Shown one piece after another: positions 12,110 to 23,991 of a DNA stretch of 41,559 bases. The notes beneath the pieces are model-generated. The model saw only the letters and a list, made by a program, of their open reading frames with translations. It was not told where the DNA came from and did not search any database. How positions within the stretch are numbered: the first letter of the stretch is position 1; every line of letters begins with the position of its first letter. Position numbers and translations under genes: made by a program. This DNA comes from Octopus bimaculoides (lineage: Eukaryota): contig NC_068999.1 of assembly GCF_001194135.2 (NCBI RefSeq), forward strand, positions 45,673,325 through 45,714,883, given 5' to 3'.

Positions 12110-12337
12110 GGTGCCAGTGGTACTTAAAAAGCACCCATGCCAGTGCTATGTAAATGTACCCATGTTGGTGGCACATAAAAAGCTAAGGGACTGATGTTAG
12201 GAAGGGTATCCAGCCATAGAAACCATGCCACACCAGACAGTCTGGACAACTCCCTGGTAGCCAGCTTCATGCCAAACCATCCAACCCATGCCAGCACGGA
12301 AAGCAGATGTAAAACGGTAATGATGATGGTGATGATG
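12110..12337 (+). mobile_element. Family A element, decayed
   Basis: GTGCCAGTGGTACTTAAAAAGCACC, TTAGGAAGGGTATCCAGC, CCAACCCATGCCAGCACGGAAAGC, GATGAT tail. Confidence 0.8.
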
Positions 12338-12389
12338 CGTATGTGTATGTGTTAAAATTAGGGAAGTATAGCCTCAAAAAACAGAAATT

Positions 12390-12904
12390 GCGTGCAAGTG
12401 GCAGTGTGGTAAGAAGCTTGTTTTCCAACCACATGGTTCCGGGTTCAGTCCCGCTGTGTGGCACCTTGGGCAAGTATCTTCTACTATAGCCTCAGGTTGA
12501 CCAAAGCTTTGTGAGTGGATTTGGTTGAAGAAAACTGAAAGAAGCCCATCGTATTATGTATGTATATATATATATATATATTATAATAATAATAACAATA
12601 ATAATAATAATAATAATAATAATGATAACAATATGTATAACGACAAAAGAATGAGACCTTGATATTTGTAGAAATAAAGGATATATATGTATTTGTGTGT
12701 CTGTGTTTGTCCCCCCCACCATCACTTGACAACTGATGTTGGTGCATTTACATTGCAGTAACTTAGCGGTTCAGCAAAAAGAGATTAATAGAATAAGTAC
12801 TAGGCTTAGAAAGAATAAGTCCTGGGGTCGATTTGTTCGACTAAAGGCAGTGCTCCAGCATGGCACCCAGTCAAATAATCGAAACCAGTAAAAGAATAAA
12901 AGAA
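12390..12904 (+). mobile_element. Family B SINE, full length, with internal (TA)n/(TAA)n
   Basis: GTGTGGTAAGAAGCTTG, GGGTTCAGTCCC B-box, GGCACCTTGGGCAAG (CORE-like), GTGCTCCAGCATGGC, (TAAAAGAA)n tail. Confidence 0.9.
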
Positions 12905-13554
12905 TGTCTCTATGTACACGTGTGCATATGTGTGTTTGTAATATGTATGTATATATCTGTGTAAATGCCTGTATGTATGTATGTATGTATGTATGTTTGG
13001 ATAGACAATAAAGAGCTGCAAGAGAATTGGTAAAATTTATTGTAATAGTCATATATTTGTGTATATATGTATTTATATGTGTGTATGTATGAATGCTGGT
13101 TAGATATGCTATGTATGTATGTATCTATGCATACACATATGTATGTGTGGCTGTATACATATACTCGTATGCATATACATACGTATGTGTGTCTGTGTAC
13201 ATATACTTGTGTGTGTATTCGTTTGGTGAAGGGGTAGATAGCCGGATGGATGGATGTATGGATGGATGGATGGATGGATGGATGGATGGATGGATGGATG
13301 GATGGATGGATGATATACGATGTCTTTAAGTAATTTATATAATTCTTTTTGATTGGACAAACATGAACAAAACAACAACAACAACAACAAAAAAACAGTA
13401 GGTATTTTTTTCCAAAAATTTTGAATTGGTTTCCTTCAGAAATTTATTGATGCCAATATCTTACCCCACATTGATACGCTGTCAACATTTATAAGACTCT
13501 CATATATCAACGAATTGAATTTCTCCATTTTCTAACTCATGGTATCATGGAAAA

Positions 13555-13855
13555 TAATACATCATCAGTATCATCATCATCATCATCATCATCATCATAT
13601 TCATCATGATTATCACTCAATCCAGCATCACCATCACCATTATAATTATCATCACCATCATCATCATCATTGTCATCGTCATCATCATCTTTACCAACAC
13701 CACTACCATTATCACCATCATTATCATCGTCCCTATCACTGATACCATTATCTTTATCATCATCATCATCATCATACTCCACCACCACCGCCACCACCAC
13801 ATTATTACTGTCATCGTTGTCATCATCAGCCATAATCATTATCATGGTTTTAAAC
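13555..13855. repeat. Degenerate (CAT/CAC)n tract; similar tracts at 1190-1270, 20420-20505 and 32950-33150
   Basis: Direct inspection; source of the poly-His/Asp/Ser/Ile ORF artefacts. Confidence 0.95.
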
Positions 13856-14082
13856 ATTATTAGATTGCTCGATCGATCTATTAGAGCTCCATTTCGGGAT
13901 GTCAAAACCAATTTCTTCAAGAATATGAATATGCGTATACATACACACACACACACACACTTACATATATACATATACAGGCGCATATATTTATACATAC
14001 ATACATAAATACATACATACATATATGTATATATATACACATGCATATATTTATTCACATATATATACATAGATATATACAT

Positions 14083-14128
<46 letters not shown>

Positions 14129-14130
14129 AC

Positions 14131-14201
14131 ATACTTTACTGTGTCTCTTGCAATTCAGTGTTTTATATACGCATATATATACATATACATACATATGTGT
14201 A

Positions 14202-14260
<59 letters not shown>

Positions 14261-14372
14261 GTATATATACATATACATATACATATATGTATATGTGTGT
14301 TTGTATGTATGTATGTATATATGCATATATACGTATGCATATATACTTTACTGTGTCTCTTGCAATTCAGTG
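14131..14372. repeat. 30-bp exact direct repeat around a TA/TG microsatellite
   Basis: ATACTTTACTGTGTCTCTTGCAATTCAGTG at 14131-14160 and 14343-14372. Confidence 0.95.
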
Positions 14373-14627
14373 CTTGTTATCTTCTCCCACCCCTAGGGAT
14401 CTTATATAGCAACCTCATTACTTGTTTTTTTTTTTTCCTCAAAAACGATTCCAAATTCTTCAGTGGAGACGGAAGCATCAGCTGCCACCTTCACTTCCAA
14501 AAGGTCCGTAGTGAGGTCAATCATTTTGACTCTTGACTCTTTCTGACCGTCTTCGACAATAACCATCAAAGACCAACTGCCAAACCAATTCGTTTCCTTA
14601 CATTTTGCAGACCACCTGATTCTGCTG

Positions 14628-14680
<53 letters not shown>

Positions 14681-14682
<2 letters not shown>

Positions 14683-14958
14683 GGCAGCGAGCTGGCAAAA
14701 ATGTTAGCACGCCGGGCGAAATGCTTAGCAGTATTTCATATATCTTTACATTCTGAGTTCAAATTCTGCTGAGGACAAAATGCGTAGCAGTATTTCGCCT
14801 ATCACTATGGTCTGAGCTCAAATTCCACCGAGGTCGACTTTACTTTTCATCATTTCGGGGTCGATAAGAGAAGTGCCAGTTAAACACCAGGGTCGATGTA
14901 ATCGACTCAACCTCTCCCCCAAAATTGCTGCACATGTAGCAAAATTTGAAACCATTAT
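14681..14958 (+). mobile_element. Family C SINE (tail subtype 2) with an internally duplicated B-box segment
   Basis: AAGGCAGCGAGCTGGCA head directly after (ATT)n; duplicated segments 14719-14774 and 14778-14833; AAAATTTGAAACCATT tail. Confidence 0.85.
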
Positions 14959-15611
14959 CCTCCTCCTCCTCCTCTTCTTCTTCTTCTTCTTCTTCTTCTT
15001 CTTCTTCTTCTTTCTTATCCTCCTATTTCTACTCTGATTCTCTGAACAGATCTCCCTGTTTCAAGGCATTCCGCTTGTGACCGCCCTGTCTTATTTAGAC
15101 ACAGTCCATCTGACACAGCACTTCTCATCCATAATTCCCTTATTGACCCCTGTTGGCTCCTCTTTTACTCAACTGGATCCTCGTAGCTGTTCAATGTTTA
15201 AAAAAAAAATCCTACCATTATCAGGAATTGATGTCTTGTAGAAATATAATCAATAATTTATTACATCAGTTTCAACAACAAAATGTTATATGGACCCCAG
15301 CTGAAGAACACTGATCTAAAATTACATTAGCTTGTAAGTTATTGATTTGTTTTAAAACAGTAGGGTGTAATTTGAGGGAGAATTGGTTGCTATATTCAGC
15401 AATAGGTCAGTCAGCCACATACAGTTTCCTACTCTCATTGCCTCAGCGAATAATTCTATCCCCACCCCCCGCTCTCTCTCTCTCTCTCTCTACATTGGCA
15501 TTGTCATTCTGTAACACTGCATTGGTTCCTTGTCTCAGACCAACAATTATTACTATTTTCTTACAGTCAACATGTGATACTTGTAATTCTTCACATTCTA
15601 CCATACAACTC

Positions 15612-15714
<103 letters not shown>

Positions 15715-16269
15715 TCTGCATCTTCCAACCATTTGTTGTCTTTCAAACTTTCCTCTCACATAAATAATATTTATCACCAATTATTTTTTTATTTTCTGGC
15801 TTCTTGCTTCCATTTCCTCTTCTAAAATCTTTTTCTTCCATCTTTCTCCTTTTTACCATTACTCTTTCCTTTGTATGTTGCCATCATCATGGCTGACGTC
15901 ATCATTGTCATCGTCATCATTGTCATCATCATCATCATCATCTCCACCTCCTCCTCCTTCGTCTTCCTCTTCTTCAGTTTTATTATTGTCTGTAGGTTTT
16001 GCTCATAATTAGATCTAGAGTTTTTGACTTTGAATTCCCACCAGCCTAAAATGCAACGTTCTTTAAATTACTTCCTGTGTATTGTTAGATTTTCAGATTT
16101 TAAGGTAAAAAAAAAAAAGAATTGCTTAAATTCTGTCTGATTCTTTCAAGTATATTGATAAGCCATCCAATGTTGTGACTGTCCTAAAAACCAAATTAAT
16201 TGAGTACACTCAGATTATTCCTTTAGGGGGATAACTTACTGTATGTACCTATGTACAAGTTTCACTCCT

Positions 16270-16631
16270 ATGAAGGTGCATGGCTGAGTGGTTACAACGT
16301 CAGGCTTACAATCATGAGGTAGTGAGTTCGATTCCCAGACCGGGCTGTATATTGTGTTCTTGAGCAAGACACTTTATTTTTCACGTTGCTCCAGTTCACT
16401 CAGCTGTAGAAATGAGTTCTGATGTCACTGGTGCCAAGCTGTATTGGCCCCTTTGCCTTTCCATTGGATAACATTGGTGGCATGGATTGGAGGAGACTGG
16501 TATGCAGGGGCGACTGCTGGTCTTCCACAAACAACTTTGCTCGGACTTGTGCCTTGGAGGAGAACTTTCTAAGTTCAGTCCCATGGTCATTTCTGACCGA
16601 AAGGGGTCTTTATCCTTTACCTTTACCCTTT
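16270..16631 (+). mobile_element. Full-length tRNA-derived SINE (working family D, tail type 1) with target-site duplication
   Basis: A-box TGGCTGAGTGG 16281-16291; B-box GAGTTCGATTCC 16324-16335; central domain CTTGAGCAAGACACTTTA...TTGCTCCAGTTCACTCAGCTG; (CTTTAC)n-like tail; flanked by AAGTTTCACTCCT 16257-16269 and AAGTCTCACTCCT 16632-16644. Confidence 0.9.
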
Positions 16632-16738
16632 AAGTCTCACTCCTGTAACTTAAGTTCCACTCACATATACGTTTCACTTATGTATAAATTTCATTCATGT
16701 ATAAGTTCCACTCATGAAAAAGATCCACTCATACATAA
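16632..16738. repeat. Degenerate ~18-bp minisatellite (TAAGTTCCACTCATGTA-like), running into a gap
   Basis: Recurring AAGTT(C/T)CACTCA units; one unit also lies upstream of the SINE at 16257. Confidence 0.7.
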
Positions 16739-17066
16739 NNNNNNNNNNNNNNNNNNNNNNNNNNNNNNNNNNNNNNNNNNNNNNNNNNNNNNNNNNNNNN
16801 NNNNNNNNNNNNNNNNNNNNNNNNNNNNNNNNNNNNNNNNNNNNNNNNNNNNNNNNNNNNNNNNNNNNNNNNNNNNNNNNNNNNNNNNNNNNNNNNNNNN
16901 NNNNNNNNNNNNNNNNNNNNNNNNNNNNNNNNNNNNNNNNNNNNNNNNNNNNNNNNNNNNNNNNNNNNNNNNNNNNNNNNNNNNNNNNNNNNNNNNNNNN
17001 NNNNNNNNNNNNNNNNNNNNNNNNNNNNNNNNNNNNNNNNNNNNNNNNNNNNNNNNNNNNNNNNNN

Positions 17067-17140
17067 GGTGGTGGTGGTGGTGGTGGTGGTGTTGGTGTCG
17101 GTGTCGGTGTCGGTGGTGGTGGTGGTGGTGGTGGTGGTGG
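17067..17140. repeat. (GGT)n/(GGTGTC)n tract; (GGT)n also at 1805-1843
   Basis: Direct inspection. Confidence 0.97.
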
Positions 17141-18044
17141 CAGTGATGAATTTACCTTGGTAACTCCTCTAGAGGAAGTTTCCTTTAATCTGTCACATAG
17201 GACACATAATCGCCAATTAATATTTAATTATCCTTGAAAATAACCCACAGGCATCCACCCAACATTAAATATTAAATGCACAAATATACTGACACAACTA
17301 ACATATCCTCCCTTCTACTTCCATATTTGTTCTCCTTCATACCACTTAGATTATTTTCTTTTTCCTTTTTTTGGTTTTTTTTTTTTTTTTTGCCGCAACA
17401 CATCTGATATAAAATCTGTTCCTAAATACACTACAACCATCTCAAAACATTAAATATTAACATAAATACATTTACAAGGCAATCACTACTTAACCACCTC
17501 CACCTGTTACACTTCGTTAAATACCTCCTCTATCCTTTGTCCTGGATAACGACATCTTTAATAAATTAAACATTATGTCTATTACTAAACAATGCACGTA
17601 TTGTTTGTGTATTTTTATATTATTAAAACATTTCATTCCACCTTTCTGATTAATTAACGATATACTATCAGGGCAACTTACTCTTCTAGATTGGTTGTTG
17701 GTTGGCCGGTTGGATGGATGGATGGATACACCGGCTGTCTGGCTATTGACAGATGGGCTGTTGAAGTATGGAATAAATTCTCTACATCAGATTGTAAGTA
17801 GTTAGAACCAATTACAAGACAAACTTGAGTCGCTAAGCAACATCTTCAGTTACAATAAACACAACACTCTTGTCATCTTCATCTCACATCCATATTTTTT
17901 TTTTCTTTTGCTTTCTATGTCAGCATGGGTTAGATGGGTAGTCATGGTCCAGGTTATCATATGCAGACAGCAACAGAGAAAACTGGCCAATTCTAAAGAC
18001 TCTCCCCATTAATCTAAATTGGTTCTTATACAAAGTTACTATTA

Positions 18045-18231
18045 TGTGCCAGTGGCACATAAGAGCACCCACTACAATCTCGGAGTGGTTGGCGTTAGGA
18101 AGGGCATCCAGCTGTAGAAACTCTGCCAAATCAGATTGGAGCCTGGTGTTGCCATCCGGTTTCACCAGTCCTCAATCGAATCGTCCAACCCATGCTAGCA
18201 TGGAAAGCAGACGTTAAACAATGATGATGAT
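18045..18231 (+). mobile_element. Family A element
   Basis: TGTGCCAGTGGCACATAAGAGCACC ... GCATGGAAAGCAGACGTTAAACAATGATGAT. Confidence 0.92.
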
Positions 18232-19094
18232 CTGAGCCTGAATGAGCTAGATTTCTGTAAGAAGCCGGTGAAACTTTAAGTCACTTGGAGCTGAGCTGAA
18301 TCAAACTGTTTTAAATAATAATAGTGTTTGTGTGTGTTTGTTGTTACATTTAGGTAGTTAGTGGATGGTAGGCATATATATAGATTTGTATGTACATGTG
18401 AGCATGTACACACACACACACACACACAAACCCATATATATATGTATGCATATTGTATGTATGCTTGTACACGTATATATATGCATTTGTGTGGTGTATA
18501 CAGTATGTATAAGCTCACACATGCAAGCACACATTATATATATATNNNNNNNNNNNNNNNNNNNNNNNNNNNNNNNNNNNNNNNNNNNNNNNNNNNNNNN
18601 NNNNNNNNNNNNNNNNNNNNNNNNNNNNNNNNNNNNNNNNNNNNNATATATATATATATATATAGGTGAGAAAGTTGGCATATATATGTATGTATGTATG
18701 TATGCATATATATGTATGTATATACAGCTAGGTAGGTAAGCCTGGTGTGATTGACTATACATTTGTATATACGTGTCCTTTCGCAGTCCTTTCTCTCCTC
18801 TCCAATACAATATAAATTTACTTTGAAGCCATTAACTTTGACAAATCACAAACCTTTTGATATATTCCTTGTATTTACAAACGTTGCTTACCATTGATTT
18901 TTAGATCTATTCTTCATTCTCTGATTTAAATTCCCTTGAACCATTGGTGGCGGGGTAACAATATATGCCGGTACCAAACCACATATCTTGTCGCTTTCTC
19001 GGTGACCATATTATTGATTGCACTTCGCAATGTATGCTCTTTCCATTTTCCAAAATCGAAGGAACTCTATTAGTCTTCCTCCTACTTTAGCAAT

Positions 19095-19352
19095 GGAGGC
19101 GCAATGGCCCAGTGGTTAGGGCAGCGGACTCACGGTCATAGGTTCGCGGTTTCGATTCCCAGACCGGGTGTTGTGAGTGTTTATTGAGCAAAAACACCTA
19201 AAAGCTCCACGAGGCTCCGGCAGGGTATGGTGGCGAACCCTGCTGTACTCTTCCACCACAACTTTCTCTTACTCTTACTTTCTGTTTCTCTTGTGCCTGT
19301 AATTCAAACGGTCAGCCTTGTCACACTGTGTCACGCTGAATATCCCCGAGAA
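19095..19352 (+). mobile_element. tRNA-derived SINE (working family E), running into a gap
   Basis: GGAGGCGCA head; A-box TGGCCCAGTGG 19105-19115; B-box GGTTTCGATTCC 19148-19159; 3' module CCTGTAATTCAAA.GG.CAGCCTTGTCAC shared with the 21040 copy. Confidence 0.85.
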
Positions 19353-20371
19353 NNNNNNNNNNNNNNNNNNNNNNNNNNNNNNNNNNNNNNNNNNNNNNNN
19401 NNNNNNNNNNNNNNNNNNNNNNNNNNNNNNNNNNNNNNNNNNNNNNNNNNNNNNNNNNNNNNNNNNNNNNNNNNNNNNNNNNNNNNNNNNNNNNNNNNNN
19501 NNNNNNNNNNNNNNNNNNNNNNNNNNNNNNNNNNNNNNNNNNNNNNNNNNNNNNNNNNNNNNNNNNNNNNNNNNNNNNNNNNNNNNNNNNNNNNNNNNNN
19601 NNNNNNNNNNNNNNNNNNNNNNNNNNNNNNNNNNNNNNNNNNNNNNNNNNNNNNNNNNNNNNNNNNNNNNNNNNNNNNNNNNNNNNNNNNNNNNNNNNNN
19701 NNNNNNNNNNNNNNNNNNNNNNNNNNNNNNNNNNNNNNNNNNNNNNNNNNNNNNNNNNNNNNNNNNNNNNNNNNNNNNNNNNNNNNNNNNNNNTAATGTG
19801 TTCTTCTTATTTTAAAATAGTAAGATGTGATTTAAGGGAAATTTGGTTGCTATTTCTTGCAGATCTTGCAACCATTCTGAACCCACACTCACCCCCAACA
19901 GGGATTTTCTTGGTCTTTTTTTGTCTCAAATTGCAGCCTTTTAATGACCAGCATAATCTCATGTCTGTTTTACCATACTGGTATGAGTCAGAGGAGTCTT
20001 ACAGCACGTCGCCCCCCCCCCATCCCCACTATAGTCCTTTTTTTTATCTAGCACACAGACCAATGGAGAAAAACAAACCATCTTAGTTTGTGATATTATA
20101 TTAAAAATCTCTGCCGTTTAACCAGTGAGTGCAGCACTCAGAAAACTCAGCAGAGTGCTCAATTCTCAAGTCTTCCAGGTGTTCAATAGTAATTAAAGAA
20201 TGGAGAGAAATTCTGTTATGTCTGCCAAAGTTTTTTGTAGTCAATGCAATGCAAGTCATAAAACATCAACAGTTGTTCTGTTTGCTTATGTTGGTTGTCA
20301 TACAGACATAAACATTAATCTATATTTCAAACCATTTATACATTGTTTGCTACAAATTTATACATTGTAAG

Positions 20372-20409
<38 letters not shown>

Positions 20410-20424
20410 CATATCGTCATAATC

Positions 20425-20468
<44 letters not shown>

Positions 20469-20504
20469 TATCATCATCATCATCATTATCATCATCTTCA
20501 TCAC

Positions 20505-20890
20505 TGTCATTGTGTTAATGTCCACTTTTCCATGCTTGCATGGGTAGGACAGGGATTTACTGAGGCAGATTTTCTATGGCCAGATTCCTTTCCTTTCACC
20601 AGCCTTCACTTGTATCCAGACATCATCATCATTTAACGTCCACTTTCCATGCTAGCATGGGTTGGACAAAATAATCTGAGGACTGGTGAAACCAGATGGC
20701 TGCACCAGGCTCCAATCTGATTTGGCAGAGTTTCTACAGCTGGATGCCCTTCCTAACGCCAACCACTCCGAGAATGTAGTGGGTGCTCATGACCAGACAG
20801 AAGACTGGAAACAAAGGAACCATTTGCATAATGGTGACGCTTATTTACAACTATCACACCATGTCATGTCAAAGAGACAATAACACATAC
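20505..20890 (-). mobile_element. Family A2 element (shares the 3' tail and AGGAAGGGCATCC-like block with A; different 5' body), split by an A insertion
   Basis: TTTTCCATGCTTGCATGGG...TGAGGCAGATTTTCTATGGCCAGAT and CAGAAGACTGGAAAC...TTTACAACTATCA, homologous to 35325-35512 and 31835-32005. Confidence 0.7.
20619..20787 (-). mobile_element. Family A element nested in an A2 element
   Basis: (CAT)n TTTAACGTCCACTTTCCATGCTAGC ... GTAGTGGGTGC. Confidence 0.9.
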
Positions 20891-21039
20891 ATGTACAGAC
20901 ACACACACATACATACATACATACATACATACATACATACATACATACATACATACATACAAGCATACATACACACATACATACATACATACATACATAC
21001 ATACATACATACATACATACCGTATATTTACAACTATCA

Positions 21040-21358
21040 GCTTAGCGGCTCATGTATTCAGTTCACAATTACAAAGACATGAGTTCAATCCCCAGCACCA
21101 CATTGTATATCCTTGAGCCAAGACACTCTATTCTGTGCTACTCCTCCAGTTCACTCAAATCTAGCAAAAACAATTAATACCTGTAATTCAAAAGGGCCAG
21201 GCCTTGTCACATTATTTTTGTCATGCTGAATCTCCCTCAGAATCTACATTAAGATTAAGCATGTTTGTGGAGTACTCAGCCACTTGCACATTTATTTCAC
21301 CACAAATAGATGGTTTCATTGATCAAATGAACCATAACACTCATCATCATCATAACCA
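21040..21358 (+). mobile_element. Decayed tRNA-derived SINE: family D central domain with a family E 3' module
   Basis: B-box GAGTTCAATCCC 21081-21092; CTTGAGCCAAGACACT...CTCCAGTTCACTCA 21112-21157; CTGTAATTCAAAAGGGCCAGGCCTTGTCAC...GCTGAATCTCCC homologous to 19296-19352. Confidence 0.75.
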
Positions 21359-22683
21359 ACCAGCCCCCCTCCCTCCTCTTCCTTCCTTCCTTTCTTTATT
21401 TCTTTCTTACACCAGACATGGAAGCCCTGATTAACTGTCATAGTTACTGCCTTGTCTCTTCTGACTAAAATCATTAACAAAATAATTACCTTCAAAAGAA
21501 AAATATATTTAATTATGTTCCAAGAATTAAAAGGAGGCAAAAAAAAACATATTTTGTTGGGTTTTTTTTTTTTTTTGCAAGAATTTAATTTGAGCCGAAG
21601 TATTAAATCCATTTTAGCAGGAATAATTTTAACTAGAATTACCAATGTTGTGGTGTTGTGCAGAGAAATTAATGTAGAATATTAATTAACCAACATATAA
21701 AAGGAAGACAGGTAGTAAACGAAACTATCCAAACACACACGCACACACACATGCACATGCACACACATGCATATATACACGTACACACAGGCACACACAT
21801 ATATACATATACATGTAGGAATATATAAGATGCATGTGTGGATGTGTGGTAAGAAATTTGTTTCTCAGTCACATGGTTCCACTACTGATTTCAAAACTAC
21901 AAATTCTGATACACACTGATACACACTGAATTGAAATTCATTAGGGCGAGGGATTTTGAACTTACTGGCCGATAAATTTCTTAACGTCTTCCTCACGTGG
22001 TATTGATGTTCACATGGTCAAAATTAACGTGAGTTATTTAGACATTAACAAATTTATTAGAATATTTAGCTGAAGATCAGAATAGAGTATTTTACTCTTA
22101 ACTGTGAAACAATTGTACTAAATTAACTAAAGGCAAGTGTTTTTTACTCTTCTCTACTGTTTTTTGTTCTGTGTGTATCAAAAATATCGCTATCAATCTG
22201 GAGTAATAATTTGTAGTTTTGAAATCAGTAGTTCTTTGACTGCTATTTCTGAATTCTCAGTATGTTGGAGAAGCAGGTTACTGTCAATCCCTATNNNNNN
22301 NNNNNNNNNNNNNNNNNNNNNNNNNNNNNNNNNNNNNNNNNNNNNNNNNNNNNNNNNNNNNNNNNNNNNNNNNNNNNNNNNNNNNNNNNNNNNNNNNNNN
22401 NNNNNNNNNNNNNNNNNNNNNNNNNNNNNNNNNNNNNNNNNNNNNNNNNNNNNNNNNNNNNNNNNNNNNNNNNNNNNNNNNNNNNNNNNNNNNNNNNNNN
22501 NNNNNNNNNNNNNNNNNNNNNNNNNNNNNNNNNNNNNNNNNNNNNNNNNNNNNNNNNNNNNNNNNNNNNNNNNNNNNNNNNNNNNNNNNNNNNNNNNNNN
22601 NNNNNNNNNNNNNNNNNNNNNNNNNNNNNNNNNNNNNNNNNNNNNNNNNNNNNNNNNNNNNNNNNNNNNNNNNNNNNNNNNNN

Positions 22684-22726
<43 letters not shown>

Positions 22727-22743
22727 TATGTGTTTGTATATAT

Positions 22744-22781
<38 letters not shown>

Positions 22782-23387
22782 GTAGATGTGTGTTGTGTAT
22801 ATATATATGTGTGTGTGTGTGTGTGTATGTATATATATATGTGTGCGTGTGAGTGTGTACTACATGCACTCTGTGATCTTTCCTGACAGTTCTGTTTCCA
22901 TTTTTAGGGTGTAGACATCTTAACCTCCAGACATTCAATTTTCAGTTCCATACACAATAGAATAAATTAAGACCAAAATTTATTCTATAATATACAGATA
23001 TATATATATATATATATATATAAGTTTATGAGTTCCACTTTTGTTTCCGAGATGTGGCCCATTGTACTTCACTTCCCTTCATCTGCATCGTTAATACTCT
23101 GCAGAGACAATAACAGCAAGAAGAAGAACAACAACAACAACAACATGAATGTCATACAATGTTATTTTCCTGTCCCCTATATTGGTGTGTCCTGCCCTTG
23201 TTACGCTGTTGTATGGCTTTCTGGAACAAGACTTTGGTTCGCTGTCAGATGACATTTCAAACAGGAATTGAGAAGGTTTCTAACTAAATATAGAACACTA
23301 TGAGATAATTACATTCCCTTTCTCTCCTGTCTGTGTATCCCTCTCCCCCCATACATATGCCCATGCATGCTTGTATGTGAGTGTATG

Positions 23388-23418
<31 letters not shown>

Positions 23419-23479
23419 GTATATACACACACATACACACACACTTATATATATATATATACACACACAGTCGAACAGT

Positions 23480-23550
23480 GGTATTGATGTCATCGATGTA
23501 TCCTGTCTCCTAAAGCTGCTGGCCTTGTGCCAAAATTTGAAAGTAATATT
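23480..23550 (+). mobile_element. Family C SINE 3' fragment
   Basis: GCTGCTGGCCTTGTGCCAAAATTTGAAA matches the subtype 2 tail. Confidence 0.65.
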
Positions 23551-23565
23551 AGTCATAGATATATT

Positions 23566-23732
23566 GGCGCAGGCGTGGCTGTGTGGTAAGAAGCTTGATT
23601 ACCAACCTCATGGTTCCAGGTTCAGTCCCATTGCATGGCACCTTGGGCAAGTGTCTTCTACTATAAACCTTGGGCCGACCAAAGCCTTGTGAGTGAATTT
23701 GGTAGATGGAAACTGAAAAGAAGCTTGTTGTA

Positions 23733-23779
<47 letters not shown>

Positions 23780-23991
23780 GTATGTGTGTGCTTATGTGTT
23801 TGTGTGTCTGTATTTGTCCCCCCACCATCACTTGACAACTGATGTTGGTGTGTTTACATCCCTGTAACTTAGCAGTTCAGCAAAAAGAGGCTGGTAGAAT
23901 AAGTACAAGGCTTACAAAGATTTGCTCTACAAAAAATGTGGTGCTCCAGCATGGCCGTGGTCAAATGACTGAAACAAGTAAAAGAATAAAA
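23566..23991 (+). mobile_element. Family B SINE, full length
   Basis: GGCGCAGGCGTGGCTGTGTGGTAAG head, AGGTTCAGTCCC, GGCACCTTGGGCAAGTGTCTT, internal (TA)n/(TATG)n, GTCAAATGACTGAAACAAGTAAAAGA. Confidence 0.92.

Noticed and set aside
20676-20700. Hammerhead-like CTGAGGA-CTGGT-GAAA on the antisense strand of family A
   Set aside because: Stem II cannot form a closing pair and no UH cleavage triplet follows stem III
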